Source: Pseudolabrys sp. (GTDB lineage: Bacteria; Pseudomonadota; Alphaproteobacteria; Rhizobiales; Xanthobacteraceae). From it: DNA of 64,000 nucleotides. The notes below the pieces were generated by a model. It did no database searches. It was not told the DNA's origin and saw only the letters and a program-made list of their open reading frames with translations. A program made the position numbers and the translations under genes. Shown one piece after another: positions 50,169 to 61,290 of this stretch (positions are counted from its first letter, which is position 1; each line of letters begins with the position of its first letter). The DNA lies in assembly GCA_035499835.1 (NCBI GenBank), contig DATJYA010000358.1, forward strand, positions 170 to 64,169, written 5' to 3'.

Positions 50169-51570
50169 CGGCGGCCCCCGCGAGGTTTAAATTGGCGAGG
50201 TTGGCGACGAAGCCCTTTTCGTCCTCAAGGCACCGCAAGTCGAGGACCAACGCTTTGTCCTCGATGCGACCGACCACGGGAACCGGCAATTGGCGCAGCG
50301 CCGACGACAGCATCGCCAGCGCCCGCCCGCCGCCGCGCGCAGCATGCGGCCTGATGGCGAGGCCGGCGCTCGGTACGGCCTCAAGCGGTAGCGCGCCCGA
50401 GCCGATCTGGCTGACGCAGGATCCGACGGCGGCCTCGTAGCCATCGCCAATCTTGTTCGCGACGAACGGCAACAGCCGCGCGGCCAGCGCCTCGATCTCC
50501 TTTTTCGGCCGTGCGAGCAGGCGCATAGTCGGCAGCTGCTCGGCGAGCCTGTCCGGATTGCGATAGAGCCGCAGCGTCGCCTCCAACGCCGCGAGCCTGA
50601 TCTTGTCGATGCGCATCGCCCGCTTCATCGGATTGCTCTTGATGCGCGCGATCAGCTCCTTGCGGCCGACGATGAACCCCGCCTGCGGTCCGCCAAGTAG
50701 CTTGTCGCCGGAAAAGGTGACGAGATCGGCACCGTCGGCAACCGCTTCCTTCACCGTCAGCTCATGCACGAGCCCGAAACGGGCGAGATCGATCAGCGTG
50801 CCGGAGCCGAGATCGTTGACCAGCGGTACTTTTTTCGCATGCGCCAGCACGGCAAGCTCGCGCGCAGCGACCTCCTTGGTGAAGCCTTCGATGCGGTAAT
50901 TCGAGGTATGCACCTTGAGGACGAGACCGGTCTTCGGCCCGATGGCGCCGACGTAGTCCTTCTTGTGCGTGCGGTTGGTTGTGCCGACCTCGACGAGTTT
51001 TGCGCCGGCGCGGCTCATGATGTCCGGCATGCGGAAGGTGCCGCCGATCTCGATCAGTTCGCCGCGCGAGACGATGGCTTCACGCCCTTTGGCCAGAGTG
51101 TTGAGCACGAGCAGCACCGCGGCAGCGTTGTTGTTGACGACGGTGGCATCCTCGGCGCCGGTTAATTCGCACAGCAGCTCGCGCACCAGATCGTCGCGGT
51201 CGCCGCGGTGCCCGCCGCAGAGATCGAATTCGAGCGCGACGGCGTTGCGCATCGCCACGCTGGCGGCTTCGATCGCTGTCTCGGCCAATAATGCACGGCC
51301 GAGATTGGTGTGCAGGACGGTACCGGTCAGGTTGAACACCGGTCGCAGACTAGGCTGCGCATCCGCCTCAAGTTTTGCGAGCGCTGTCTGTTCGATGTCC
51401 GCGACGCTCCCCGAGATCCTTTCCCGCCGCGCCGCGGCCAGAGCATGGCGAACGGCGGCAACAACCGCGCTGCGGCCAAAGCGGTCGAGCGCCGCGGTCA
51501 TGCCTTCGCCGCGAACAACCTCATCGACCGAGGGTAACTCACGTAGCTGCGCGCTTGCCGTCTTTTCCAT
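50155..51570 (-). CDS. selA: L-seryl-tRNA(Sec) selenium transferase
   Basis: NLTGTVLHTNLGRA, VNNNAAA, EVGTTNRTH and FSGDKLLGGPQAG. Confidence 0.96.
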   Translation of the reverse strand: MEKTASAQLRELPSVDEVVRGEGMTAALDRFGRSAVVAAVRHALAAARRERISGSVADIEQTALAKLEADAQPSLRPVFNLTGTVLHTNLGRALLAETAIEAASVAMRNAVALEFDLCGGHRGDRDDLVRELLCELTGAEDATVVNNNAAAVLLVLNTLAKGREAIVSRGELIEIGGTFRMPDIMSRAGAKLVEVGTTNRTHKKDYVGAIGPKTGLVLKVHTSNYRIEGFTKEVAARELAVLAHAKKVPLVNDLGSGTLIDLARFGLVHELTVKEAVADGADLVTFSGDKLLGGPQAGFIVGRKELIARIKSNPMKRAMRIDKIRLAALEATLRLYRNPDRLAEQLPTMRLLARPKKEIEALAARLLPFVANKIGDGYEAAVGSCVSQIGSGALPLEAVPSAGLAIRPHAARGGGRALAMLSSALRQLPVPVVGRIEDKALVLDLRCLEDEKGFVANLANLNLAGAADAPA

Positions 51571-51578
51571 CGCCCGCC

Positions 51579-52496
51579 TCAATAGCCGAGCAGGAACGGA
51601 TTGACGGCACCGCGCTGGTAGCCTCCCTCACGGAGCAATAGATCGAGTCCCAAAGTCGCGATGTCATCGGCAACCGGATCGAGCGCAGGGTCTTTGTGCT
51701 GATGCATAATTTTCAGGTACCCGTGGCAAGTCTCGCAGGTTTCCGCCTTGACGGTCGCGGGTCCGCCGTCGAGCTCCTGATAGGCAATGCCCTTGGTCGC
51801 GTTGCACAATACGCATTTGATGCGCACGGCATGCCACTGCGTTGCGCACAGCGAACAGGAGCAGAAGCGTGTGCCGTGGGCGCCCTTCCAGCCGACGATC
51901 GCCGAAGCAACTGGTGCCCCGCCGCAGGACGGGCAAACGCCGTCGCCGATCGGAACCAGCGCCTCGACATCAAGCAGCGCGGCTGCCCGGGCGAAATGAA
52001 CTTGCAGTGCTGCCGCGACATAGACGTGATCGGCCATCATCTCGACCGGGATCGACTCGGCCAATACGTTGCGCAGCATGGCGTCGCGGCCGCTCGCATC
52101 GGCACCGCGCACGCGGTCGAGAGCCGCACGCGCTGTCTCCGGCATGTCGATTTCGGCCGACAGCGCGAACAGGCGATCGAATGTCGCGTCGAGCGCGGCG
52201 TCGGCGGTGAAATGGGTGCGATCGAGCGGCGGCATAGCATACTCGCGCGCCCGTGCGCGCGCCTCGGCCGCGGGCAGGTCCGGCGCCGGGAGTCCTTGCA
52301 GCAGGCGATGCAGGCAATCGCTCAATTGTCCGAGGAACTTGAGGTAAGCGCCAAGGCGATGGCCTTCGGCCACGGTCCTGAAACGCCGCGCGCGCTCGGC
52401 AAAAAGACTGGCGGGATCTGGCAGCCGCGCAAAAGGCGGAGCGGCAACATCGCCGATCACTGTCGGATCGGGCCGGAGAGAACCGGCTTTACTCAT
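51579..52496 (-). CDS. fdhE: Formate dehydrogenase accessory protein
   Basis: CPSCG, CSLCATQW..RIKCVLC, ETCETC and DPVADDIATLGLD. Confidence 0.93.
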   Translation of the reverse strand: MSKAGSLRPDPTVIGDVAAPPFARLPDPASLFAERARRFRTVAEGHRLGAYLKFLGQLSDCLHRLLQGLPAPDLPAAEARARAREYAMPPLDRTHFTADAALDATFDRLFALSAEIDMPETARAALDRVRGADASGRDAMLRNVLAESIPVEMMADHVYVAAALQVHFARAAALLDVEALVPIGDGVCPSCGGAPVASAIVGWKGAHGTRFCSCSLCATQWHAVRIKCVLCNATKGIAYQELDGGPATVKAETCETCHGYLKIMHQHKDPALDPVADDIATLGLDLLLREGGYQRGAVNPFLLGY

Positions 52497-52588
52497 AACG
52501 AAACCTCACGAACCGCACGGGCCACGTGACAGGACCGTCAATTTACACCCACATACGCCTGCTCACGAAAGCCGGCCGTCGCAACAAT

Positions 52589-53263
52589 CTATTCCACTTT
52601 GCCGCCGCTCACCAATTCCTTGAGCCACTTGCGATGATGGCGCCACGCCCAACCGCCGGTGACCTGACCCTTTGTCATCGCCCCAATGGTCCCCTTCACC
52701 CAGATCGCGGCATAAACGTGGACGATCCAGACGCAGATGATGGTCACCGCCGCCATCGAATGGATCAGCACCGCGACGCGCTTGGTCTCCACGCTGGTAA
52801 ACATGGAGAAGTACTGGTCCCAAATCACCAAGCCGGTGCAGATCAGCACAATGATCAGGATCGACATCAGCCAGAAGACGGCTTTTTGCCCGGCGTTGTA
52901 TTTGCCCACCTCCGGCAGCCGTTCCTCGTGCTTGGTGAGCACGTCTTTCAGGCGTGCGAGCCAGGTGCCGTCCTCCCCCTTCCACAGATTCGCCCGCCAG
53001 AAGCGGACGAACAGGCCGAAGAAACTAAAGAACAGCACAACGCCGATCCAGGGATGGATCATCCGAGTGATCTCCCCGCCGCCGAACAAAGCGGTGAGGA
53101 AGAACAGGTCCGGGTGGAACAGCGCTAGTCCCGAGAGCGCGAGCAGCACCAGCGAGATCGCGGTGATCCAGTGGTTGATGCGCGCGCCGCCAGTGTACCG
53201 GTCGACTTCGACTGGATCGCCCCGATGAACCTCGTCGCCTCGTTCGACATCATAAGCTGTCAT
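52589..53263 (-). CDS. fdnI: Formate dehydrogenase-N/O gamma (cytochrome b) subunit
   Basis: [25 protein letters not shown] and WAWRHH. Confidence 0.93.
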   Translation of the reverse strand: MTAYDVERGDEVHRGDPVEVDRYTGGARINHWITAISLVLLALSGLALFHPDLFFLTALFGGGEITRMIHPWIGVVLFFSFFGLFVRFWRANLWKGEDGTWLARLKDVLTKHEERLPEVGKYNAGQKAVFWLMSILIIVLICTGLVIWDQYFSMFTSVETKRVAVLIHSMAAVTIICVWIVHVYAAIWVKGTIGAMTKGQVTGGWAWRHHRKWLKELVSGGKVE

Positions 53264-54213
53264 GGGCGGCCGTTCCCCGCCAAACGCTTGGCGTTTTCTT
53301 CATCTTCTGACGAAACCTTATTCGGGCCTTCGACGGCATAGTGGACGACGCCGATGGCGGCAAACAGCGCCATCGCCGCCAGCCCCACATATTTCGTGGC
53401 GCCCTTCCAGAGCTCCACGATCGGGCTGATGCGCGGATCCTTGGCAAGGTCGGCGTAGATCTCCGGCTTGTCGGCATGGTGCAGGACGTACATCACGTGG
53501 GTGCCGCCGACGCCCGGCGGATCGTAAAGGCCCGCATTCTTGTAGCCGCGGGACTTCAAGTCCTTGATGCGATCCTCGGCATGTTTCTTCATCTCGTCCT
53601 TGGTGCCGAACACAATCGCATGGGTCGGGCACGCCTTGGCGCAGGCCGGGCCCTGGCCAACCGCGACGCGGTCGGAGCACAGCGTGCACTTGTAAGCCTT
53701 CGGACGTGCCTCGTTCTTGGAGATGCGTGGGATGTTGAAAGGACATCCTTTCACGCAATAACCGCAGCCGATACAGTTCTCGTGCACGAAGTCGACGATG
53801 CCGTTGGAATACTGCACGATCGCACCGGGCGCCGGACAGGCCTTGAGGCAGCCCGGATCCTCGCAATGCATGCAGCCGTCCTTGCGGATCAGCCATTCCA
53901 GGCTCTGCGTCTCAGGGTTCACCCACTCGGTGAAACGCATCAGCGTAAACATTTCCGGCGAGAGGTCGGGCGGATTGTCGTAGACCCCCACGTTCTCCCC
54001 GACCGGTGCGCGCTTGTCGTTCCACTCGAGGCAAGCCGACTGGCATGCCTTGCAGCCGATGCACTTCGACACGTCGATCAGCTTCGCGACCGGCGTCAGC
54101 TTTTTCGCCGGTGCCGGCACCGTCGACGCGGACCGGCGGACGAGGTCGGCATCGCTCATGCCGACCGTCGGGTTTTTGGTGTTCGGGTTGGGAAGCTCGA
54201 ATTCGAATGCCAT
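53260..54213 (-). CDS. fdnH: Formate dehydrogenase-N/O beta (4x[4Fe-4S]) subunit
   Basis: [31 protein letters not shown] and a C-terminal TM helix. Confidence 0.95.
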   Translation of the reverse strand: MAFEFELPNPNTKNPTVGMSDADLVRRSASTVPAPAKKLTPVAKLIDVSKCIGCKACQSACLEWNDKRAPVGENVGVYDNPPDLSPEMFTLMRFTEWVNPETQSLEWLIRKDGCMHCEDPGCLKACPAPGAIVQYSNGIVDFVHENCIGCGYCVKGCPFNIPRISKNEARPKAYKCTLCSDRVAVGQGPACAKACPTHAIVFGTKDEMKKHAEDRIKDLKSRGYKNAGLYDPPGVGGTHVMYVLHHADKPEIYADLAKDPRISPIVELWKGATKYVGLAAMALFAAIGVVHYAVEGPNKVSSEDEENAKRLAGNGRP

Positions 54214-54224
54214 GGTTCCCTCCC

Positions 54225-57200
54225 CTACGCCACCGGGCCGGACGCGATAGGCTCAATATCGACCAGGAACGCCTTGTATTCAGGCGTTTCGATATTGGCG
54301 TCGCCGACATAGGGCGTGAGCGAATTCGGGCCGAAGCCCTTCCTCGCCGCACCCATGAAGCCCCAATGCAGGGGTATGCCGACGATGTGGACCGTCTTGC
54401 CGTCGCAGGTCAGCGGCTGGATGCGCTTGGTGACCACGGCTTTCGCCTTCACCGATCCGCGCTTGGACCAGACCCGGACCCAGCCGCCGCCCTTGATGTT
54501 TTTCTCTTTGGCGAGCTGCTCCGATATCTCGACAAAGAATTCGGGCTGCAGCGAGGCATTGATCTCGGCGTGCTTGGTCCAGAAGTGGAAGTGCTCGGTG
54601 AGCCGGTAGGACGTCGCCGCATAGGGGAAATCCTTGGCATCGCCGAACTGCTCCATATCGCCTTTGAAGACGCGGGCGGCGGGATTGCCGCGGACCTTCG
54701 GCGCCAGAACATTGACCACCGGAGATTCGAACGGCTCGTAGTGCGCCGGGAACGGCCCGTCGCGCATCATCGTCCGCGTGAACAGCCGCGCGGTGCCTTC
54801 CGGGTTCATGATGAAAGGCCCGACCACGTCTGGCTTGGCGTTCGGGGCAATGTCCGGCACGTCGTAGCCGGTCCACTTGGCCCCATCCCACCACAGCAGT
54901 TTGCGAGTCTCATCCCACGGGTTGCCGTTGATGTCGGCCGACGCACGATTGTAGAGGATGCGCCGGTTGACCGGCCACGACCACGACCATTTCGGGAAGG
55001 CGCCGGTGTCGTCGGGATCAGTGTTGTCGCGGCGGGCCATCTGATTGCCCGCCTCGGTATAGGAGCCGGAATAGATCCAGCAGCCGCAGGCCGTCGAGCC
55101 GTCGTCGCGCAACACGGCGAAGCTGACGACCTGCTTGCCCTTTTGCAGGATGGTCTTGGTCGCGTCATTCGGATCGGGGACGTCCGCGACGACGTAGCCG
55201 CTGACTTCCTTGGCGATTTCGTCCGGCTGCGGGTAGCCCGGATCCTTGTATGGCCATACGAGCTTGGTGAGCGGATCGGAAAACGCTCCGCCCTCCTTCT
55301 CATACAGCGCTTTAAGCCGCTGCCAGATCTGCGCCATGATCCAGGCATCGTGCTTGGCCTCGCCCGGCGGCGTGCCGCCGGCCCAATGCCATTGCAGCCA
55401 GCGGCCGGAATTGGTGAGCGAGCCCTCGTCCTCGGCAAAGCAGGTGGTCGGAAGCTCGATCACCTCGGTCTGGATGCTCGAGGAGTTCACATCGTTGTAC
55501 TCGCCGTGATTCTCCCAGAAGCGCGCCGTCTCGGTCTGCAGCGGATCCATGACGACGAGGAACTTGAGCCTGGAGAGCGCCGCGGTGAGCTTCTTGCGGT
55601 TCGGGAACGACAGCAGGGGATTGAAGCCCTGGCAGAAGTACCCGTTCATCTTACCTTCGTGCATCAACTCGAATGCGCGAAGCACGTCGTAAGCCGGGAC
55701 ATCCAGCTTGGGCAGCCAGTCGTAAGCCCAGTTGTTTTCCGGCGTGGCCGCGTCGCCCCACATCGACTTCTGGAAGCTGACGAAGAACTTCCTGTAGTTC
55801 TGCCAGTAGCTCATCTGGTTCGGCCGCAACGGCTTGAAACCGCGCGTCGACATGTAGACGTCGAAGGTCGGCTCCTTTTCGTTGGGGATCGTCAGATAGC
55901 CGGGGATCAGGTTCGACATCAAGCCGAGATCGGTCAGCCCCTGGATGTTGGAGTGACCGCGCAAGGCGTTCATGCCACCGCCGCGCACGCCGATATTGCC
56001 GAGAATAAGCTGCAACATCGCCATCGCGCGGATGTTCTGCGACCCCTTCGAATGCTGGGTCCAGCCCAGCGCGTACATTGAGGTCATCGTCTTGGTCGGC
56101 GTCGAACACTCGCCGATCATCTCGCAGACCTTGGTGAATTTGGCCTTGGGCGTGCCGCAAATGCGCTCGACCATTTCGGGCGTGTAAACCGCAACGTGCT
56201 TCTTCAGCAGGCTCCAGACGCTGCGCGGGTTGTCCATGTCTGATACCACATAGCCGTCGGCACCGAGCTGATAGTCCCAGGTCGACTTGTTGTAGTCGCG
56301 CTTGATCTCGTCGTAGCCGGTGAACAGGCCGTCCTGATAATCGAAGCCGTCCTTGACCACGTAAGGCGCGTTTGTGAACGCTTTGACGTAATCCCACTGC
56401 ACCTTGTTGTTGTCGATGCAGTACTTGATCACGCCGAGCAGGAACGCGATGTCCGTACCCTGGCGGATCGGCGCGTACATGTCGGACACTGAGGCCGAGC
56501 GCGTGTAACGCGGATCAACAACAATGAGCTTGGCGCCGCGGTTGGCTTTCGCCTCCGTGACCCATTTGAATCCGCACGGGTGCGCCTCAGCGGCGTTGCC
56601 ACCCATGATCACGACAAGGTCGGTATTCTTGATATCCGTCCAAGAGTTCGTCATTGCACCGCGACCGAATGTTGGGGCCAGACTGGCCACCGTCGGTCCG
56701 TGTCAAACTCTTGCTTGGTTATCGAATGCCAACATCCCAGCGCCGCGCACGACCTTGTACGTGACGAACGCTGTTTCGTTTGTGGTTGCCGAGGCGGCGA
56801 GGAAACCCGTGGTCAGCCACCGGTTCACCGTGATGCCGTCGTTGTTCTTGGCGATGAAGTTCTTGTCGCGGTCGTCCTTCATCAGCCGCGCGACGCGGTC
56901 GAGCGCCACGTCCCACGACACGCGCTCGAACTTGTCCGAACCGGCCTTGCGGATCTGCGGATACTTGGTGCGCGTCTCCGAGTGCACCATGTCGAGCAGC
57001 GCCGCACCCTTAGGGCATAACGTGCCGCGATTGGTCGGATGATCGGTATCGCCTTCGATGTGGATAATGTCGGCCTTCTCACCCTTCGCAAGGTTGCCCT
57101 TGGAATACATGATGATGCCGCAGGCGACCGAGCAATATGTGCAGGTGTTGCGGGTTTCGGTGGTGCCGAGAAGTTTGAAGGGTCGAATCTCCGCTGCATA

Positions 57201-57296
57201 AGCGGCTTCGATATCTCCAAAGCCAAGCGCTCCGATTGTTGTACCGGCAAGACCCGCGCCGGCGCCTTTCATAAATTGGCGCCGCGAGAGTTCCAT
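54225..57296 (-). CDS. fdnG: Selenocysteine-containing formate dehydrogenase-N/O alpha subunit (1023 aa, Sec198)
   Basis: ORFs 56703-57380 and 54225-56690 are in frame across TGA 56703-56705, giving [26 protein letters not shown]. Tat leader [15 protein letters not shown] and [10 protein letters not shown]. Confidence 0.96.
56663..56702 (-). promoter_or_regulatory. Bacterial SECIS element
   Basis: 11 nt after UGA: GG-U(bulge)-GGCCA-GUC-UGGCC-CC, with a lower stem GACCGA/UCGGUC. Same geometry as enterobacterial fdnG/fdhF SECIS. Confidence 0.88.
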
Positions 57297-57352
57297 GTTC
57301 ACGGTGGGCCTCCTTGAGACCATTCGCCCCCAACGGGGGACATTTTCACCGA

Positions 57353-57376
57353 GGGCATGTCTCCCCAGACATGCCC
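57353..57376 (-). other. 10-bp hairpin in the fdnG leader
   Basis: GGGCATGTCT-CCCC-AGACATGCCC. Confidence 0.55.
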
Positions 57377-57523
57377 CCATGAGCGGAATCCAAGTTCGAA
57401 TAACAAAACGCTATTTTTTAAGCTCGGCGAAGTCAAACTGTTCCAGAATTTTCACGAGAAATTGCGAAACGGATTTCTGGATTTATTGCACTGCTCATCG
57501 GCAGCGCGAGCGCATGAACTACC

Positions 57524-57540
57524 CATAGCCTTAGGCTATG
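57524..57540. promoter_or_regulatory. LysR-type operator (ATAG-N7-CTAT) in the divergent fdnG/tlpA promoter region
   Basis: Perfect palindrome CATAGCCT-T-AGGCTATG containing T-N11-A. Confidence 0.55.
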
Positions 57541-57631
57541 ACTCAGCGAACGAATGCGTACTAGCACGGTTCTATATCGGACCGCGTACCAAAGTTGACC
57601 GCGCGGGATACTCCGCGCACTATCAAGCATC

Positions 57632-58255
57632 GTGAAATGTCGAGTGGCTCCCGAGGTTCGGGGCACATCACTCCGTGTCGTCGCCGCGGCGATCACCTGT
57701 CTCGCTGCAGTTGCGTGCAGCGCGATCGGCTTTTTGCGAGTCGCAAGCGCCGCCGAATTGCAGCCTTGGACGGCAGGCACATACGCGCCATTCAGCCTGC
57801 CGGACGTGAAAGGCACCCCTATCGCACTCGGCTCTTACCGCGGTCATGTCGTGCTGGTGCATTTCTTTGCGACGTGGTGCGAACCCTGCCTGACGGAACT
57901 GCCGGCGCTCGGCCGGCTGGCGGCCCGCGGCGCAGGCAAGATCAAAGTGCTGGCGATTTCAGTCGCCGAGGACGATTCGCGGGTGCGCCGGTTTTTACAA
58001 ACCACGCCGGTCGATTTTCCCGTCGCGCTTGACGGCGACCGTGCAGTCGCCAAGGCGTGGGGCGTCTTCACCCTTCCCACCACGATCGTTCTCGACGCAA
58101 GATCGGATCCGCGGCTGATGGCGCCAGCCGATTTCGATTGGGACAGCATCGATCCCGGCGAACTCGCGGCCACGATCGCGCGGGCGCCGGTGGACGGCAC
58201 GAACGCGCCTACGACATCCAATTACACAGAAAAGCTTCCACACCGAGGAGGATGA
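57632..58255 (+). CDS. TlpA/ResA-like periplasmic thioredoxin
   Basis: N-terminal hydrophobic segment, HFFATWCEPC and cis-Pro loop TLPTT. Start uncertain. Confidence 0.85.
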   Translation: MKCRVAPEVRGTSLRVVAAAITCLAAVACSAIGFLRVASAAELQPWTAGTYAPFSLPDVKGTPIALGSYRGHVVLVHFFATWCEPCLTELPALGRLAARGAGKIKVLAISVAEDDSRVRRFLQTTPVDFPVALDGDRAVAKAWGVFTLPTTIVLDARSDPRLMAPADFDWDSIDPGELAATIARAPVDGTNAPTTSNYTEKLPHRGG

Positions 58256-58258
58256 CAA

Positions 58259-59365
58259 ATGCACTTTGACCGACGCGACTTCCTGAAGACCGGCACGGCG
58301 TTATCGCTCGCCGCCGGGTTGCCGAAACTCGCCTATGCGGACGTGGCCTTCGATCCCAAACCCGGCATCTGGCGAAATTTCGAAATTACGACCAGGCTCG
58401 AGATTGCCAAGCCCGAAGGCGTCACCCAGGCATGGGTCCCGCTGCCGTCGGTGAACGAGAAGGACTGGTTTAAGTCGAGCGGCAACACGTGGAAGACCAA
58501 CGGCAAGGCCGCGCTGGCGCGCGATCCCCACTATGGCGCTGAGATGCTGCACGTCCAATGGGCCGCGAGCGAAGCCGCTCCGATCGTCGAAGTCACCAGC
58601 AAGATTTCCACGCAGGATCGCGCGGTTGATTTGAGCAAGCCCGAGGTTCCGTCGATCAAGCTCGGTGCGGCCGAACGCAAATTCAATACTGAAGGCAGCG
58701 AGCTCATACCAGTCGACGGCATCGTCAAGCAGACCTCGGACAAGATCGTTGTGGGCAAAAACACCGAGGTCGAGAAGGTGCATGCAATCTATGAATGGAT
58801 CGTCGAGAACACATTCCGTGACGGCAAGGTACGCGGTTGCGGCATTGGCGACATCGCCGCAATGCTCAAGACCGGCAATCTCGGCGGCAAGTGCGCCGAC
58901 CTCAACGCGCTTTTTGTCGGGCTGGTGCGCGCCGCCGATATTCCGGCACGCGACGTTTACGGCATTCGCGTCGCGCCGTCGAAATTCGGCTTCAAGGCCC
59001 TCGGCGCCGGCTCGGAGACCGTCACCAAGGCGCAACATTGCCGCGCCGAGGTCTTCCTCAACGGTTATGGCTGGGTGGCGACCGACCCCGCCGACGTGCG
59101 CAAGGTGGTGCTGGAGGAGCCGCCGGGCAAGCTTGCAATCGACGACCCCAAGGTTGTCGCCGCTCGCAAGACGCTGTTCGGGGCCTGGGAGGGCAACTGG
59201 CTCGCCTATAATTTCGCGCACGACGTGGCATTGCCCGGTTCCAAGGGTCCGAAGCTCGGCTTCCTGATGTATCCGCAGGCCGAATGCGGGCCGTCGCGGC
59301 TCGACTGCCTGGATCCCGATACATTTGAATATACGATCAAGTCGAAGGAGATTACCGGGGCGTGA
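58259..59365 (+). CDS. Tat-exported transglutaminase-like cysteine enzyme
   Basis: DRRDFLK leader. Triad GGKCADLN / QHCRAEVF / TDPAD. GGAGG RBS. Confidence 0.85.
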   Translation: MHFDRRDFLKTGTALSLAAGLPKLAYADVAFDPKPGIWRNFEITTRLEIAKPEGVTQAWVPLPSVNEKDWFKSSGNTWKTNGKAALARDPHYGAEMLHVQWAASEAAPIVEVTSKISTQDRAVDLSKPEVPSIKLGAAERKFNTEGSELIPVDGIVKQTSDKIVVGKNTEVEKVHAIYEWIVENTFRDGKVRGCGIGDIAAMLKTGNLGGKCADLNALFVGLVRAADIPARDVYGIRVAPSKFGFKALGAGSETVTKAQHCRAEVFLNGYGWVATDPADVRKVVLEEPPGKLAIDDPKVVAARKTLFGAWEGNWLAYNFAHDVALPGSKGPKLGFLMYPQAECGPSRLDCLDPDTFEYTIKSKEITGA

Positions 59366-59497
59366 TGTTCCTTCGGCGCCAAATCGAACGGGCGCCGCCG
59401 CCGCGGCGCCCGCTTTTAAAAGCCGCCATGTGCTGGCGGCATGGAACCATTTGCCGACGGCAGCCGTTGCTCGTGAAATCTCCCACAGGAGGCCACG

Positions 59498-59791
59498 ATG
59501 AGGGCGGTTGGACTACCGATGGCATTTGCCGCGGCTTTATTGGCGATATCCGCTGGCGCTTCGTTCGCGCAGAACAGCGCCGGCCACCAGGAGAAAGGGT
59601 CAACCGGCTGGAGCGGCGCCTCGAAGGATCAGCCGAGCCAGAGCGCCGGCAAGGCCACAGCATCGACGACAGGCCAGAAAACCGCGGCGGAAAACGACGC
59701 GGCGGAGGCGCGCGATCAGCCATTCATGGCTACAGGCGAGGATCTCAATGGACCGCCGACGCAGTTCGCCCCCGACGCGACGCCGGAATAA
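59498..59791 (+). CDS. Small exported low-complexity protein
   Basis: AGGAGG RBS, signal peptide ending SFA-Q, and a polar disordered body. Confidence 0.65.
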   Translation: MRAVGLPMAFAAALLAISAGASFAQNSAGHQEKGSTGWSGASKDQPSQSAGKATASTTGQKTAAENDAAEARDQPFMATGEDLNGPPTQFAPDATPE

Positions 59792-59855
59792 GCACGCCCA
59801 CGACGGGATCAGGCTCCCCGGACGCCTCGCAGGCCGATAAGGATCGGTTGCTCCT

Positions 59856-60116
59856 ATGTTGAAGCAACCGATGGCCTCGGATTCGCAAACAACAGAAACC
59901 GTGCTCGATCTGCGCGGCCTGCGCTGCCCGCAGCCGGTGCTGCGCGCCAAGAAGGCGTTGCGCAACGTGCCAGTGGGGGGAACGCTGGTTCTCGAATGCA
60001 CCGATCCTCTGACGGTGATCGACGTGCCGCACTTCGTCGGGCAAACCGGCCATTCGCTCAGCGCGCAAACGCGCGACGGCGGCATTTACATCTTCAAGAT
60101 CGTCAAACAGCGATGA
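59856..60116 (+). CDS. TusA/SirA-family sulfur carrier
   Basis: LDLRGLRCPQPVL, TDP..IDVPHF. Confidence 0.88.
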   Translation: MLKQPMASDSQTTETVLDLRGLRCPQPVLRAKKALRNVPVGGTLVLECTDPLTVIDVPHFVGQTGHSLSAQTRDGGIYIFKIVKQR

Positions 60117-60120
60117 TGCC

Positions 60121-61275
60121 ATGATGCCAGTTTATCTCGACTACAATGCAACCACCCCCGTGGATTCGCGCGTGCTCGCGGCGATGCTGCCGTACCTGCG
60201 CGACGAATTCGGCAATCCATCATCGACGCACGCTCTGGGCGTTAGGGCGCACGAGGCAGTGGAGAGGGCGCGAGCCCAGGTCGCCGCACTCATTGGCGCT
60301 GCGCCCGACGAAATCATTTTCACCAGCGGCGGCACCGAGGCCAGCAACTTGGCCATCCGTGGCGCCGTCAACATCGACGGCAGGCGCCGCGGCGTCGTCA
60401 CCACGACGATTGAGCACCCGGCGACGGAAACGTGCTGCGCCTTCCTTGAGGCGGCCCAGCATAAAATCACGCGCGTAGCGTCACAGCCCGACGGACTTGT
60501 GGACCCAGCACGAATAGCAGCGGCGCTCGATGGCGGGACGGCGCTGGTGACCATCATTCACGCACAAAACGAAATCGGAACGATCGAGCCGGTTGCCGAG
60601 ATCGCTGCAGCAGCGAAGCAGCGCGGCGCCCTTGCCCACGCCGACGCGGCGCAATCGGCCGGCAAGATTCCCATCGATGTCGGCCAGCTGGGCGTCGATT
60701 TCCTGTCGATTGCCGGACATAAATTGTACGCGCCGAAGGGCGTCGGCGCGCTTTATGTCCGCCGCGGCATTGACCTGCCGCCATTGCTGCTCGGAGCCGG
60801 CCAGGACCGCGGCCGCCGGCCCGGCACCGAAAATGTCCCCTATATCGTCGCTCTTAGCGAAGCCTGCCGGATCGCCGGCACAATGCTTGAGGGCGAACGG
60901 CAGCGACTCTCCGAATTGACCGAGAGGCTCTTTACCGGTCTCAAGCGCGAGATACCCGGCCTCATCCTTACCGGTCATCGGACGCGGCGCCTGCCGAACA
61001 CGCTCAACGTTCTCTTTCCCGATGTGTCAGGCCGCAAGCTGCTGGAACAGTGTCCGCGCGTTATGGCCTCGACCGGTTCCGCTTGCCACGCCGACGGCGA
61101 GGACCCGTCCGCCATTCTGACCGCGCTCGGCATCCCGCGCGAGCGGGCACTCGGAGCCGTTCGCCTGTCGTTGGGACGAGCCACGACCAAAGAAGAAGTC
61201 GAAACCGCTGCCGCCAATTTGGTCGCCGCGTGGCGCACGCTGCGCCAGCCAATACCGGAACAAATTGCGGGCTGA
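60121..61275 (+). CDS. Group-I NifS/IscS-like cysteine desulfurase / selenocysteine lyase
   Basis: YLDYNATTP, FTSGGTE, GHKLYAPKG (PLP Lys), RPGTEN and STGSACH (catalytic Cys). Confidence 0.9.
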   Translation: MMPVYLDYNATTPVDSRVLAAMLPYLRDEFGNPSSTHALGVRAHEAVERARAQVAALIGAAPDEIIFTSGGTEASNLAIRGAVNIDGRRRGVVTTTIEHPATETCCAFLEAAQHKITRVASQPDGLVDPARIAAALDGGTALVTIIHAQNEIGTIEPVAEIAAAAKQRGALAHADAAQSAGKIPIDVGQLGVDFLSIAGHKLYAPKGVGALYVRRGIDLPPLLLGAGQDRGRRPGTENVPYIVALSEACRIAGTMLEGERQRLSELTERLFTGLKREIPGLILTGHRTRRLPNTLNVLFPDVSGRKLLEQCPRVMASTGSACHADGEDPSAILTALGIPRERALGAVRLSLGRATTKEEVETAAANLVAAWRTLRQPIPEQIAG

Positions 61276-61290
61276 CTCGGAGAAAGCACA

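Noticed and set aside
54225-57380. fdnG as a split gene or pseudogene
   Set aside because: The break is an in-frame UGA at the Sec position with a SECIS and full sel machinery.
57400-57560. Moco/Tuco riboswitch upstream of fdnG (CCTAAG..TATGG on the minus strand)
   Set aside because: The remaining conserved stems and GNRA elements are not visible. A DNA palindrome explains the match better.
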